64,000 bases of DNA, from contig OZ024740.1 of NCBI GenBank assembly GCA_964016885.1, forward strand, positions 152,830,001 to 152,894,000. The letters are read 5' to 3'. Made by a program: the position numbers and the translations under genes. This DNA is from Eledone cirrhosa. Taxonomy: Eukaryota. Position 1 is the stretch's first letter, and each line of letters opens with the position of its first letter. The notes beneath the pieces are model-generated. The model did no database searches. It was not told the DNA's origin and saw only the letters and a list, made by a program, of their open reading frames with translations. This document shows, in pieces, positions 51,933-64,000 of this stretch.

Positions 51933-52357
51933 TGTAGCAAGAGTTGCCTCCCTTGTTGTGACACTCACATCACCAATAGATTAACGCTCTCTAGACAGGA
52001 AGTAGCTGGAGTTACTTCCCGTTAGGGTGGCAGAACCCTTTTTGTCACTTCCGTCTTGGACCCTATAAAGGGAATAACTTTCAGCTCTCTATCTCTCATT
52101 TGTCTTTCGGCTCCTGGCCTTCTAACCTGCCTGGCCCTCCGGCCAGGCGCGTTCGCCTGGCAACCCTAACATGGTCTCTTGCGAGCTAACTTCAAAACGG
52201 TAACTAATAACTTTGCTTCATTCTTTCATCTATTCATTGACATGCCAACTATACTATTCTATATAACCACAAATTGTTAATTAAACGTTATATACACAAC
52301 CTAGTGTCTTGTTATATTCATACACACCAGTATTTGTTATACCTGTATTGCGCTACC
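51933..52357 (+). mobile_element. Candidate solo LTR (~425 bp)
   Basis: Starts TGTAGC, ends GCTAC(C); TATAAA at 52064, CT-rich tract, ATTAAA at 52280. No clean TSD. Confidence 0.5.
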
Positions 52358-52359
52358 TT

Positions 52360-53720
52360 AGATTTCAAGGCTTGGGCATGATGGCAATTGCAGCCCGTAC
52401 ACGATGGTGTAGAATGCATGAAACAGTAGTGCAAGATTTGGGCCTTTTTCATCAGGTGTAGATTAAATGAGATCTGAATGAGATCTCGTTATGAAGTCGC
52501 GTGTGAAAAGTGGTCGTAACTTGGAAAATCTGTTGATTCGTTTTCTAAGGGAAGCGACTCTTTTAAATAGGAATTGTGATGTCTGTATATATCTGTGTCT
52601 GTGGTTAGTTTGTTAATAATTTGTGTCAATTGATTGCATGGTGTAGGTCATGGAAGAAAGTTACAGGCATAAGAGATTGACGTGTCGGAAAGTGTGATAT
52701 GCAGAAAAGCGTGTTAATGTGTTAAACACTCCTTTTTAGAGTTCAGGTATTTTTGCGATGAGCTCAAACCTTGTAGTATCCTACATTTTCTTCTGAGTCA
52801 GAGGAAACATCACTTTATTTCATTGATGTATGGTTTTGAATTCTCTAGGATCCTTCGATTTAAGTAATGGGAACTCCTTTATCTTTTAACTGCCAAGCAC
52901 GCTTTGACAGGGCCATGTATGTCTTCATAAAGGAAGATATATCTGAGTAGAATCGATATTTTAAAAAAATCTTAAACCATACCTAATATCATTCACTGAT
53001 CTCTGCATGGTTGGTGGTGATAGGTATAACCTCGGCTTCATAAACAATGGACTTTATATTACAGCTCTGCTGCAGGGGGCAGTCGTCTTTTATCCTGCAA
53101 GAACATCCTGGACCTTCATCGGGTTTGTTTTTAGCAGATAGTTTTGATATCATGAAAAGCAGCTTATTTTCACAGAACGCATACTGAATATTTTAATATC
53201 TATCAGATCTAAGAATTTCTTACCTACATTAGTCTTTATGTTAAGGGATTGAACCAGGTTATTTTTCTATTTCCATTATAATTTTTGTTTTTAGGGTTGT
53301 TGAGTGGGGGTTATTTGGGTATGTACTTAATCTTGTCTTTCATTGATAAACCAAGCTAGAACTGAGTTAGGACAAACTAGAAAAAAACATCGTAATAGAA
53401 ATTAACACCCGCATTAAGAACAGCACCAACTTCCTACAGTGGAACAATACAACGTCTGTCATAACCTGGTTCAAAGACATTCCAGCGAAGAATAGAACTA
53501 GTTTATCCAGTTTGATATTATAGTCTAGCCTTTTGGTATTTATTAGCTATATTGTTTAGGATATGTTGGTTATATCTATTCTTATCTACTTTATAAAGGT
53601 TCTTTCTAGTGTCGGAGGAGACGAAGATATTTCTAGAAGATCTGAAGATTTTAATATCTTTTTTAAAAGTATTTTGAAAGGGATTATGGTACTTCCAGAA
53701 TTTAATATTGGAGATCAAAT
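52360..53720 (-). pseudogene. Rearranged Penelope-like (Poseidon-type) element: GIY-YIG, RT and N-terminal relics
   Basis: Minus: GCSCRIKDDCPLQQSCNIKSIVYEAEV (~53030-53110) and NPFQNTFKKD..IFVSSD..NLY (53518-53718). Plus: INTRIKNSTNFLQWNNTTSVITWFKDIP..QFDI (~53385-53520). Hammerhead remnant at 52363-52455. Confidence 0.8.
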
Positions 53721-53908
53721 TGGGGGGGGGGGATCATACAGGATTAAATGTATAAGTAACTTTGCCTATTGCCAAATATACTATACATGTATACATCGCT
53801 ATTTCAGAGCACCAATTCTAGTACCTAATTTTTGCTGGACCGGCAACCGCTCTGTTTAATCAGCTCTTAAATATTACTGGAATTCTATAAGAATCCAGCT
53901 TCTATAAC

Positions 53909-53991
53909 TCTCGGCAGAAGCAAAGGAGTGAGTGATCTTGATAAACGCTAGAAACGGGACAGGCGATCACTCTCTTTTGCTTTTGCCGAGA
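53909..53991. repeat. Imperfect ~30 bp inverted repeat
   Basis: tctcggcagaagcaaaggagtgagtgatc ... gatcactctcttttgcttttgccgaga. Confidence 0.6.
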
Positions 53992-54149
53992 ATAAGTAAG
54001 TGACATAGTCACTACTTTAAAACTCATAGCGAATGGTCTTCAAAAAGTTTTTTTAAAAAGTTTTTTTGTATATACTACACATACATTGTTTTTTGTATAT
54101 ACTATACATACATTCATATACATACATATATATATATAACATTATGAAG

Positions 54150-54335
54150 ATTTTATAAGTCATCGCCGTCATATGCGATTAACGTCTGGTATCGTTTAGG
54201 AAGGCACATGATTCCATCCCTGTAGAATGTTTTCTGGCTTAGATGCATAGAATGCCGTCAGCCACTGATTTAACTGGTCTTCGTTGGCGAAGGTAATTGA
54301 CTGCATCGCATTGCTCATTGAAAGAAAAAAAGTGT
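54150..54335 (-). pseudogene. Mariner transposase C-terminal relic
   Basis: HFFLSMSNAMQSITFANEDQLNQWLTAFYASKP..FYRDGIMCLPKRYQTLIAYDG. Confidence 0.8.
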
Positions 54336-54538
54336 AGCGACCCAAAAGGTCGAAATTGTAACTGAGAAGATCAAAGAATGTGACGAAAGAGCTTTGACAA
54401 TTAAATAACTATCGGGTTGCAATATCTGTTTTAACACACGATTTTACATCAATACTCCTGCAAAACATATACAAAAATGAAGTATACATTATATAATATA
54501 ACATAATAAAAACCTAATATATATATATATATATATAT

Positions 54539-54931
54539 ATATTAATTCAAAATATTAACAAAAATAGAACTTATTGTGATCAAGTATATTTTATTGTACA
54601 TATTTCAGAGGTACTGAGCTAACTTCAACAGTACGTCCTCATCAGATAAAATAAGATGATGCATGACATACTCTGACATAGTAGATGGTTAAGATCCAGT
54701 CATGGTACTACCATGTCATGCATCATCTTATTTTATCTGATGAGGACGTACTGTTGAAGTTAGCTCAGTACCTCTGAAATATGTATAATAAAATATACTT
54801 GATCACAAGAAGTTCTATTTTTGTAAATATTTTGAATTAATATTAATAACTCCGGAAAACCATCTGTTGAGTGCTTCCAATCTATTGTAAAACTCATTCT
54901 TTGATTTATTCATTGAACCTTGTTTAACCTT

Positions 54932-54935
<4 letters not shown>
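54539..54935 (+). mobile_element. PLE pLTR fragment with inverted duplication (~130 bp arms)
   Basis: Arms ~54539-54669 and 54713-54843; unique tail to (TA)n; tail resembles the inverse of 21180-21260. Confidence 0.75.
54729..54795 (+). ncRNA. Type I hammerhead ribozyme
   Basis: Stem I tattttat/ataaaata; CUGAUGA 54737-54743; stem II ggacgtactg/cagtacctct; GAAA; self-complementary UAUGUA; UA cleavage after 54787. Confidence 0.75.
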
Positions 54936-54984
<49 letters not shown>

Positions 54985-55211
54985 TACCCTGGGTACACAT
55001 TTCCGAGTCATCCAAGATAGAGAGGCGTATGGCTTTACTATTTCGGAAAGTTCCTGAATAAGACACTTATTTCTCGCTGCTCCAGTCCACACAGCTAGAA
55101 AAAAATGCATTTTTACCTCAATTCAAAGGGCGAACATGGTCGCACACTATCACACTGAGTTTCTGGAACACTTACTGTCAGAACCAACAGACGTACAATA
55201 CTAACAATATG

Positions 55212-56153
55212 CAAAACATTGGTTTTATGGACATGGAGTGGAAAGAAATTTAATGAATGAAATAATTACAATACAATTTAATAAAGATGTAGATGGAAAC
55301 TGTAGCGTTGCCATTCAATAAACTATGTTTTCTATTAGTACAAGCACAGTATCAGTTAAGTGGAAGTAACAAAGATATTCATTGAGGAATGTCGTTGAAC
55401 TTAAACCACAAATGATTTTTTCGTTTATGAATGAGAATGACCTGAAATTAATATCATCTCCTCATGGCATATACCATAAAGCTCAGAGTATAATTATTGA
55501 TACTGTTGCTGTATTTGTGAGTTTTATTTTTAAATCCTAATTTAGTTATTATCACCGTTGTTGCCTTCTGTTGTTTTCAGTGTAGAAAGAAGATCAATTC
55601 AGTATTATGTCTACCATTCAACAACTTTAAACATAACATTAAAATACCTTATATGTATATAGTGTTATTATTTAACAATACAGACTTTATGAGAAGCTTA
55701 ATGTATTTTTATTTTTTACATTAATTACTAAGTTAATATGCTATATTCTAAGATGGTGGATTATATGAAGATAAGAAGAGTTCAAATTGAAAAATATTGA
55801 TGTCAAGAATAAGCTATCTATTTGGCTTCTAACTTTGTCATATGATATGTTTATTTTGCAAAGAGAGAATGCTTGTACGAATGGTGAAAAGATTGTAGGT
55901 GGTAACTGAAGAGATAGAACTGGATCTTAAAATTAACTGTTGAACATTGGTGGTTTTCATTGAGTCGAACCAATTTTTCGCTTGATGACTGCCCACGTTA
56001 CTATTTTTACCGGAATTACTTAATTCCAAAGAACTAAAATATGTGTAATTACATAGCAGTTTTGATTCAAATTGTAGATAAAAAAATAACATTAAATGAA
56101 ATATGTAAAAGATACAAGTAAGTGCACTCGTATGAGGTTAACCGTTTTGCTTT
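55212..56153. repeat. Left arm of ~940 bp inverted duplication
   Basis: Reverse complement of 59163-60100. Confidence 0.92.
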
Positions 56154-57709
56154 TACTATCAAATTTGCGTTAATTACTTGTAAATGATATGCGTCATAAG
56201 TTATATATTTCTTATCTATACGTTGCTAGATAGATGTATTATGACGTTGGTAAATGTATGATGAGGTTGATATGATGGGCGTAGATTGGACAACGGCGGT
56301 AAATAAACACTGGTCACTTCAAATCTTGCTAACTGCATAGAATAACCTTTGCTGAGGATATCTAATAAATATGAAACATGTCTGTTGCTTTCAATCCAGT
56401 ATTATGTAGTGGATGACACATTGTCGAATAGTTAAGAAGTTTGCATCGCAATCATTAGATCTCGAGCTCGATGCCACTGATTGGTTTCTTTGCCAAGAGT
56501 CATTTACCATAGTCTCGCATCGACGCATGCCTTGCGAATGCAATTGAATGGATAAAAACTATTTCAATACCCGTCGTATATACTGATCCTGTAATTCGAG
56601 GAACCAGCTCCCTTATAATCACTTTACGGGTGTATGTGTCTGTGAAATGCTCGGCTATTTACACGTTAATTTCATGGGCACGCTGTTCAGTTGATCGAAC
56701 CACTGAAACACTCATCGTCAAAATCTATAAAAAAAATCGATTCCGATCTGTATTGTCTTTGTTTTCAAAAGAGTTTGATTAGCTGATCATTTTAGAACTT
56801 CCTCCTGTTTGTTGATTTTCCATTTTATATACCCATAAAGAAAGTTTTGTCAACTACTTGCTTGGTTAATCTCAATTAATCGAAGCTTTAGAGTTCATTG
56901 TACTACGTATGTGAGACAATACTATGTGTATTTAGTATGCAGAATGCACACATACTTTTCTTCAACCATATAGTTGATATATATAATTAACGTCACTATA
57001 TTCCTCTAATTCTCTATAATGATGACATAGTTTAAACAAAAGGACCAAAATACCTGGCTAGTGTAGGCACGCTTCGAAATAGTTACTTTCAAATAATGTC
57101 ACTAAAAGTATAATGTCAGGGATATTTCGAATATGACGAATATTACAGCTTTCGTTTTTGAACATTTATACACTTAAAAGACATCTCAGTATCTAGAGAG
57201 ATTGTTTGTCTATGAATTGCTTCGATAATCACAGTTAACGAAGGTTTTCTATTCACTGTACCACGTATATGAGATAATATATGTGTATTTAGTATGCAGA
57301 ACGTTCACTACGTCCCCACTAATTCTCTCTATTTTGATAACAACAATTAATCTTACAAACTGTGTAGAATATGTTTCACCAAGTAGATCTAATAATAACA
57401 AAACATATCCATTTCTGTCAGCACCTAGTTTTAAAGATAGGATCCATTCCTACCTGTATCGTCTTTGTCTTTAAAGAAAATCGATTAACTGATGCTATTA
57501 ACCCCCACTCCAACCACCTTTTTACAGTTTCTAGATTTTAAACACCACTAGAGGGAGTTTTAACTACTAACTACATAAGCAATATCGGTTAATCCATGGT
57601 TTTCAATTCACTCTCAATATGTAAGATACTTACATGCTGATTGAAATAGCCTGTATGTGGATTCTAAGAGTGATGAGGGAAACAAAAATAACAGAAAGGA
57701 AGGCAAGGG

Positions 57710-58026
57710 GGAGACTTATTTCCAAGTCAACTTTGTAAACCTCCTTCTTTGCTCAGTTGGCATATTTAACCTCTAGGTCCTTCTGTTACCCGGCGCGACA
57801 CCGAACCGCCATCACCCATAGCATTTAACAGCTCCACTTCGTTTCAACGTCCTCAGTTTGCTAAGAGAGTTCTCTGAATAGTATCCGTGTACCTGATCCT
57901 GACGTCGCTTCCCACTTTATCCTGTAGGTCGAACTGGACCTGCCAGTTTTCTGGACTTCTTTCGCTTTAGTATGTCTCAAATTGCAGATAACTAGACGGT
58001 AATATGTTGACAGCTCAGCTGCTCCC
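57710..58026 (-). pseudogene. Degenerate RTE-clade LINE fragment (end of endonuclease domain)
   Basis: GAAELSTYYRLVICNL...YRIKWEA...GVAPGNRRT...KKEVYK. Confidence 0.65.
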
Positions 58027-58039
58027 TTAATATGAACAT

Positions 58040-58071
<32 letters not shown>

Positions 58072-58524
58072 TATATTGTTCTGGTATCTCGAATTAGTGC
58101 CATTGAACCACATGTATTATAAACAACTTGAATATTTCTACAAGTACATTGTACCTGTTGAAGTATCCATCCACTTCTATAATTTATTCTCCTTACGTAG
58201 AGAACAAAACGTTGAATAATGCCGCTAATTTTAGTGGCAATTCGACATGTTTATAATATCCAGCTTTTATCAGCGACCTGATTTGCGTGTGTGTCACTTT
58301 AACGGCTTGACCGCATGCGTTGGGCAGGGAGCATAATATTTACTTGCTATACCTTATAGCGTGGAAATAGGGCTGTCTGAAGATTCATTTCTTTCCATTG
58401 GAAATTCGTTGGATTTCCAATCTTTCGGAATGATGAAACCGTCGGTAACAGCATCTGAACAGGTGATTATTTAATCATTTTTTAATTTATTTAGAAAATT
58501 GTTTAATAACCGTTTGTTTCGCTA

Positions 58525-58562
<38 letters not shown>

Positions 58563-59162
58563 ACAGGCTTCTGCAGTTCCCGTCTAACAAATTCCACTTA
58601 AGGCATTGGTCAACACGAGTCTATAGTAGAAGACACATGCCCAAGATGCCGCGCAACGAGATTGAACCCAAAATCATGTGATTGCAGGCGACTGTCTTAA
58701 TTACATAGCCATGCCTATTCCTTGAACCAAGTCTTGTAAGCGAAATTCATTAAAAGCCCATCAGACAGAAACTGATTAAAAGCCCATCAGATGAGTGTAT
58801 ATGTAATTTTAAGGGCCAACCTTGTCATACACAGTGTGATAATGAATCTCCTTGACAATTACATAAGGGGTCCACGTATCTGTAGAATATTCGAATAGGC
58901 CATTCTGTTGATCAAACAACTGAAACAGTCATCGACGCAACCGATGGAAGTCCATTTCATTCCACCATATTTGATGTGCAATACTAGTTTTCTTTTTCTG
59001 CACTATTCCCTTCCTTTAGCTTTCATTCTTTTATTTCTGTTTCTCTTACTCACTAAATTTGAACAATCCGTTTGCTATTGGTCCATTTTAATCAATGTTT
59101 AGTTTGTTTTACAACACTCCCAATCTTCCCCATCACATATCTAGCGAAATAATTAACTCAGT

Positions 59163-60100
59163 TAAAGTAAAACGGTTAACCTCATACGAGTGCACTTACT
59201 TGTATCTTTTACATATTTCATTTAATGTTATTTTTTTATCTACAATTTGAATCAAAACTGCTATGTAATTACACATATTTTAGTTCTTTGGAACTAAGTA
59301 ATTCCGGTAAAAATAGTAACATGGGCAGTCATCAAGCGAAAAATTGGTTTGACTCAATGAAAACCACCAATGTTCAACAGTTAATTTTAAGATCCAGTTC
59401 TATCTCTTCAGTTACCACCTACAATCTTTTCACCATTCGTACAAGCATTCTCTCTTTGCAAAATAAACATATCATATGACAAAGTTAGAAGCCAAATAGA
59501 TAGCTTATTCTTGACATCAATATTTTTCAATTTGAACTCTTCTTATCTTCATATAATCCACCATCTTAGAATATAGCATATTAACTTAGTAATTAATGTA
59601 AAAAATAAAAATACATTAAGCTTCTCATAAAGTCTGTATTGTTAAATAATAACACTATATACATATAAGGTATTTTAATGTTATGTTTAAAGTTGTTGAA
59701 TGGTAGACATAATACTGAATTGATCTTCTTTCTACACTGAAAACAACAGAAGGCAACAACGGTGATAATAACTAAATTAGGATTTAAAAATAAAACTCAC
59801 AAATACAGCAACAGTATCAATAATTATACTCTGAGCTTTATGGTATATGCCATGAGGAGATATTAATTTCAGGTCATTCTCATTCATAAACGAAAAAATC
59901 ATTTGTGGTTTAAGTTCAACGACATTCCTCAATGAATATCTTTGTTACTTCCACTTAACTGATACTGTGCTTGTACTAATAGAAAACAGTTTATTGAATG
60001 GCAACGCTACAGTTTCCATCTACATCTTAATTAAGTGTTATTGTAATTATTTTATTCATTAAATTTCTTTCCACTTCATGTCCGTAAGACAATGTTTTAC
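59163..60100. repeat. Right arm of ~940 bp inverted duplication
   Basis: Near-identical to the left arm except the outer ~90 bp. Confidence 0.92.
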
Positions 60101-60239
60101 ACACACATATATATAATATATATATATATATATAATATATATATTTTTTTTTTTCGGATCGATCGACTTTCGTCAAATCGGACCGAGGAAACAATGTTTT
60201 CGTCGGTCTTTCCAGTTGCTAATACTATCTATCGGTCGC

Positions 60240-60370
60240 AACTCCAGGTAGAAGGAGCAACGTGAAATAAAGTGTCTTGCTCAAGGACATAACGCATCGC
60301 CCGGTCCAGGAATCGAACTCACAATCTCAAGATTGTGAATCCAATTCTCTAACCACTCAGCCACACGCCT
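60240..60370 (-). mobile_element. CORE-like SINE 5' part with tRNA-derived head
   Basis: Minus: ggcgtgtggctgagtggttag..gagttcgattcc..gtccttgagcaagacacttta. Confidence 0.7.
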
Positions 60371-60390
60371 TCACTATATATATATATATA

Positions 60391-60431
<41 letters not shown>

Positions 60432-60803
60432 ATATATATAATATATATATATATATATATAATGTGTGTGTGTGTGTGTGTGTAAAAGAATACTCATACA
60501 ATTTTTATTTGCTGACAATGTTTCATCCATACTATGGGGCAGGAATAATCAGAGCTTTATAAACAAAAATACAGTGCTGAGTATAAGCTCTACCAAGCTT
60601 AGTCACATGAACATTAAATATACAGTACAGGATAATAAAAGGGAGATCGGAAATTGAAAGGATGGAGGGAATGCGTAATGGGGTTGTTATTCAACATTAC
60701 AGCTACATATGAGGATATAGGCAGATTTTCTTACAAGAGGTGGAAGCACGTGAAGGCACACAGAAACAAATAAAGCATTCAACGATAGTTAAAAAATGTC
60801 TAC

Positions 60804-60844
<41 letters not shown>

Positions 60845-61735
60845 TAAATATATATATATGTATGTGTGTGTGTGTGTGTAAAATATATGGAGAATAGGAT
60901 TGGCTATGTGGTTGCTATTAAGGTAACTTAAAATGGAGTGAGAATAAGAAGAAAGCAAGAACGGGGTGGGGGCTTCCCTCATCAGTTGTCTACTGTGGGT
61001 CTCGGATATTTCTACGCTTTAAAGACAAGATATCTACCGCTCAGAGCGTCAATAACTGGATAAGTTATTGGGAAAAGGAGGTGGGAGGGAAGGAAAACAG
61101 AAGGGAAAAAGGAAGAAAAGAGAAAACAGCGAAAAAAGACAACAAACCGAGCAAGCTGCGAGCAACTTAAGGTAAGAAAATCCAAGGCCACAGCGATGAG
61201 AGAACTTAAGTTCAAGAGCGTGTGGGCGAGGGAAAATCCAAAATGTAATCTGGGTTTTTCGAAAATTAATAATAATATTCGATTCGTTTGCAATTATGCA
61301 AACAAGCCTCATTTTTAAAACCATGTCAGTAGAATGAGCCCCTCATTCTTGCTCTTGTGTTGGCATGTAAACAGAACTGCAGACATTAATATGTCTGGGT
61401 ATTACCCTTCATCAGTACTGTTCGCCTGCCAACTGTCAGAGCTAGTGAAAATATATGATATTTTCTAAAATACACAGTGACTAATCGGCCTGATTTGAAT
61501 ATTAGCAGACTGGCTGATCAGTCAGATCTGCATATTAGCAGATCCACTGATCAGCTAGATCGCATATCAGCAGACTGGCCAGTCAGTTTCCTGTATACGA
61601 GCGATCAATGGCCGGCTTTGCCACATTCAACTAAAAAAAAAAAAAAGAATTTTTGCTCTGCATGACTGAATACAATAAATGTAATCTGAGTTTTTCGAAT
61701 ATTAATAATAATATTCGATTCGTTTGTGAACAGTG

Positions 61736-61783
61736 AATTGTACTGATGAAGGGTAATACCCAGAAACATTAGTGTCTCTAGTT
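61736..61783 (+). ncRNA. Type I hammerhead ribozyme
   Basis: aattgta CUGAUGA a gggta-a-taccc a GAAA cattagtg UC tctagtt; GUC triplet; stem I imperfect. Confidence 0.6.
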
Positions 61784-61902
61784 ATGTTTACATGCCAAAT
61801 CAAGAGCAAGAATGAGGGGCTCATTCTACTGACATGGCTTTAAAAATGAGGCTTGTTTGCATAATTGCAAACGAATCGAATATCATTATTAATATTCGAA
61901 AA

Positions 61903-62087
61903 GGGTGGTGGATTGGCAGTATCGGTAGAGGGTCGGACGCCATGCTTTCCAGCATAGTTACGTCCCTTTACGATCTGAGTTCAAATCCCGCCGAGGTTGA
62001 CTTTGCCTTTCATCCTTACGGGGTCGATAAAATAAAGTACCAGTAATGCACTGGGTAATTGCTGGCCTTGTGCCTAAAGTAGAAACA
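61903..62087 (+). mobile_element. Young full-length SINE with 18 bp TSD
   Basis: TSD attattaatattcgaaaa at 61885-61902 and 62088-62105. Confidence 0.9.
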
Positions 62088-62154
62088 ATTATTAATATTC
62101 GAAAAACTCAGATTACATTTATTGTATTCAGCCATGTAGAGCGAAACATTTTTA

Positions 62155-62238
<84 letters not shown>

Positions 62239-63190
62239 CAACCAGATACACACACGTGTGTGTTATTGTTGGAACTTCTCTTGATTCCGTGAACCAATTT
62301 CATGATAATACGGTGCGTGAGAAAGCTGTCTCTTTACATTGATGGTACAACTAATTGTTTTCCAGGTATCAGGTATCTTGCTCAAGAATACAATGTTTCA
62401 CCAGGAATTGAACTCGCGACCTTGTGATAAGCCGTGCGCCTTTCAACAGCAATGTCTATTTTTCTTGTGTATTCGTTGCTGTTATTTTCTGAGCTAGTGA
62501 ATTCTTCCCGTTTATTATTGTTAAGGAATACATCATGTTCGAATGTTTAAGAAGTTCACCTCATAATTATTAGGCCCCGTGTACGATCCTATTTGAGTAA
62601 GTGTCATTTACCAAAACTTCGAGTTAATCCAAACCTTGTGAGTGAATTTGGATTTAACCCATACCTTGTAAGTGAATTCGGATAGACGGAAACTCTTTGA
62701 AAACTAATCAGACGGGTTGTTCTTGTAATTCAAAGACCTGTCTTGTGACACACTGGTTCATGCTGAATTTCCTTGAGAATTACTTTAAAGGTAAGCGTGC
62801 CTATAGAATGCTCAGCCACGTATACATTAATTTCATGAACAGACTATTCTGTTGAACAGCCTACTCGTAAAATGCACGTGGTTGAACATTCCACAGACGC
62901 GTGTACCCCTAACGTAATTCTCAGGAAGATTCGGCATGAAACAGTGTATGTTAACCGGACAAGCTTCTAAACTGTTTTAATCTACTCCGTTTTACTTGTG
63001 AGACTTTAGTAAATGACTATTTGAGCAAGCTTCCTCGTGATGGAATTGAACCCGGGAACCTATGGTTGCAGAGCGAACATTTTAACCATTTGGTGATGCA
63101 TCGACCAATTTATTTCGTCAAGCCTTTTGATACCAAACCTCCAAAAACCGCCCCTGCTTCTACAGTACAAAACTATGTTTTAGAATGTTT

Positions 63191-63350
63191 ACAGACCTGT
63201 CAACTCTCCCCGTTCGACGGGAAGATCTCCCACCCACTTTGGGATGGGTGAGAGATGTCTTCTCTTGTGAAAACGGATATAGTTTTCATTATGTAAAATC
63301 TCCCCATTTTGCCTCATTTCTCCCCGTTTTGGGAGCACTTTTCTTTTCAT
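63191..63350 (+). mobile_element. Possible DNA-transposon terminus (hAT-like)
   Basis: CAGACCTGTCAACTCTCCC start with repeated ctccc subterminal motifs; partner end not found. Confidence 0.3.
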
Positions 63351-64000
63351 GGTATTCCCCGTTTGGTTTGTTTTTTTTTCATCGGATTTTTTTGTAGGAA
63401 CCTTTGATAAGTTCCTAATACACGATAGATAATAGGAAAGTTTGTTATATTACTAAATCCACCAAAATTATTAATTATTTTCAAAATTATTTGAAAATTA
63501 TGAAAAGTGCATTTTATAAAAAAAAACATGGTCGTCAAGGAAAAGTATGATTGTTACTTCCCGCAATTGCACATATTCCTCGACGATCATCCTTTAATGG
63601 ATATCTCTAATTAGGAAACGTCTCTTTTGATTCTATTTGTCACTATACATACGATAAATATATATTTATTTTATACACGATATTTCCCCCTCCCCTTTTA
63701 AACAAACCAGTCACGAATAGAACCAACTGCCTTGGTTAACTAGTTTAGTATGGTGTCAACATTATAAAGATGTTATACCTTATTACAGTGACAACAATGT
63801 AAAAATGTAATACCTTAATATGGTCTCAACAATGTAAAGATGCAATACACTCAGAGAACTAACTGACTTGGTTAACTATTTTCGTACGCCGGAAATCGAA
63901 CCCATGACCTTACGATCGTGGGCTGAATACATCTAACCACTAAGCCAAACGCTTTCACCTGTAAATCTAATAAAACAGGATATATTACTATATCTAGTGT

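Larger units (their letters stand above)
61240..62150. mobile_element. Nested inverted PLE pLTR copies with hammerheads
   Basis: Minus copy ~61240-61420, short minus copy ~61650-61727, plus copy ~61735-62150 interrupted by a SINE. Confidence 0.7.

Noticed and set aside
55868-56000. Trypsin-like KIVGG and LMTAH words
   Set aside because: Stops intervene; no PW, CGG or catalytic motifs.
59225-59479. 84 aa ORF duplicated at 55838..56092
   Set aside because: No domain features; identity is explained by the inverted duplication.
60300-60370. tRNA gene (also 9589-9660 and other SINE heads)
   Set aside because: A/B boxes are present but there is no full cloverleaf, and they continue into SINE body.

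Overview
Eukaryotic, AT-rich, repeat-dominated DNA, probably intronic or intergenic. The dominant tRNA-headed SINE and the (TA)n/(AAT)n landscape resemble what I recall of octopod cephalopod genomes; this is recognition, not a database result. No confidently identifiable host gene is present, only weak exon candidates on the minus strand. Main contents: (1) Tx1-type (L1 clade) non-LTR retrotransposons, with three near-full-length disabled copies (26.5-32.2, 36.3-42.2, 42.3-48.2 kb) and three 3' fragments. Four of these six pieces form a same-orientation ~14 kb chain with SINEs, joined by (ATT)n. (2) Many Penelope-like (PLE) pLTR remnants, mostly in or beside (TA)n tracts, often as fold-back palindromes with recognisable type I hammerhead ribozymes. 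(3) A non-coding element at 22.9-25.3 kb with two ~550 bp direct repeats, each holding a hammerhead (retrozyme-like or non-autonomous PLE). (4) RTE, CR1, mariner and PLE ORF relics, MITEs, a candidate solo LTR and a purine-rich satellite. (5) A ~940 bp inverted duplication at 55.2-60.1 kb. The most novel-looking signals are the retrozyme-like element, a conserved putative micro-intron that would fuse Tx1 ORF1 to ORF2 in frame in two different families, and evidence that the abundant SINE is the partner of an ATT-targeting Tx1.
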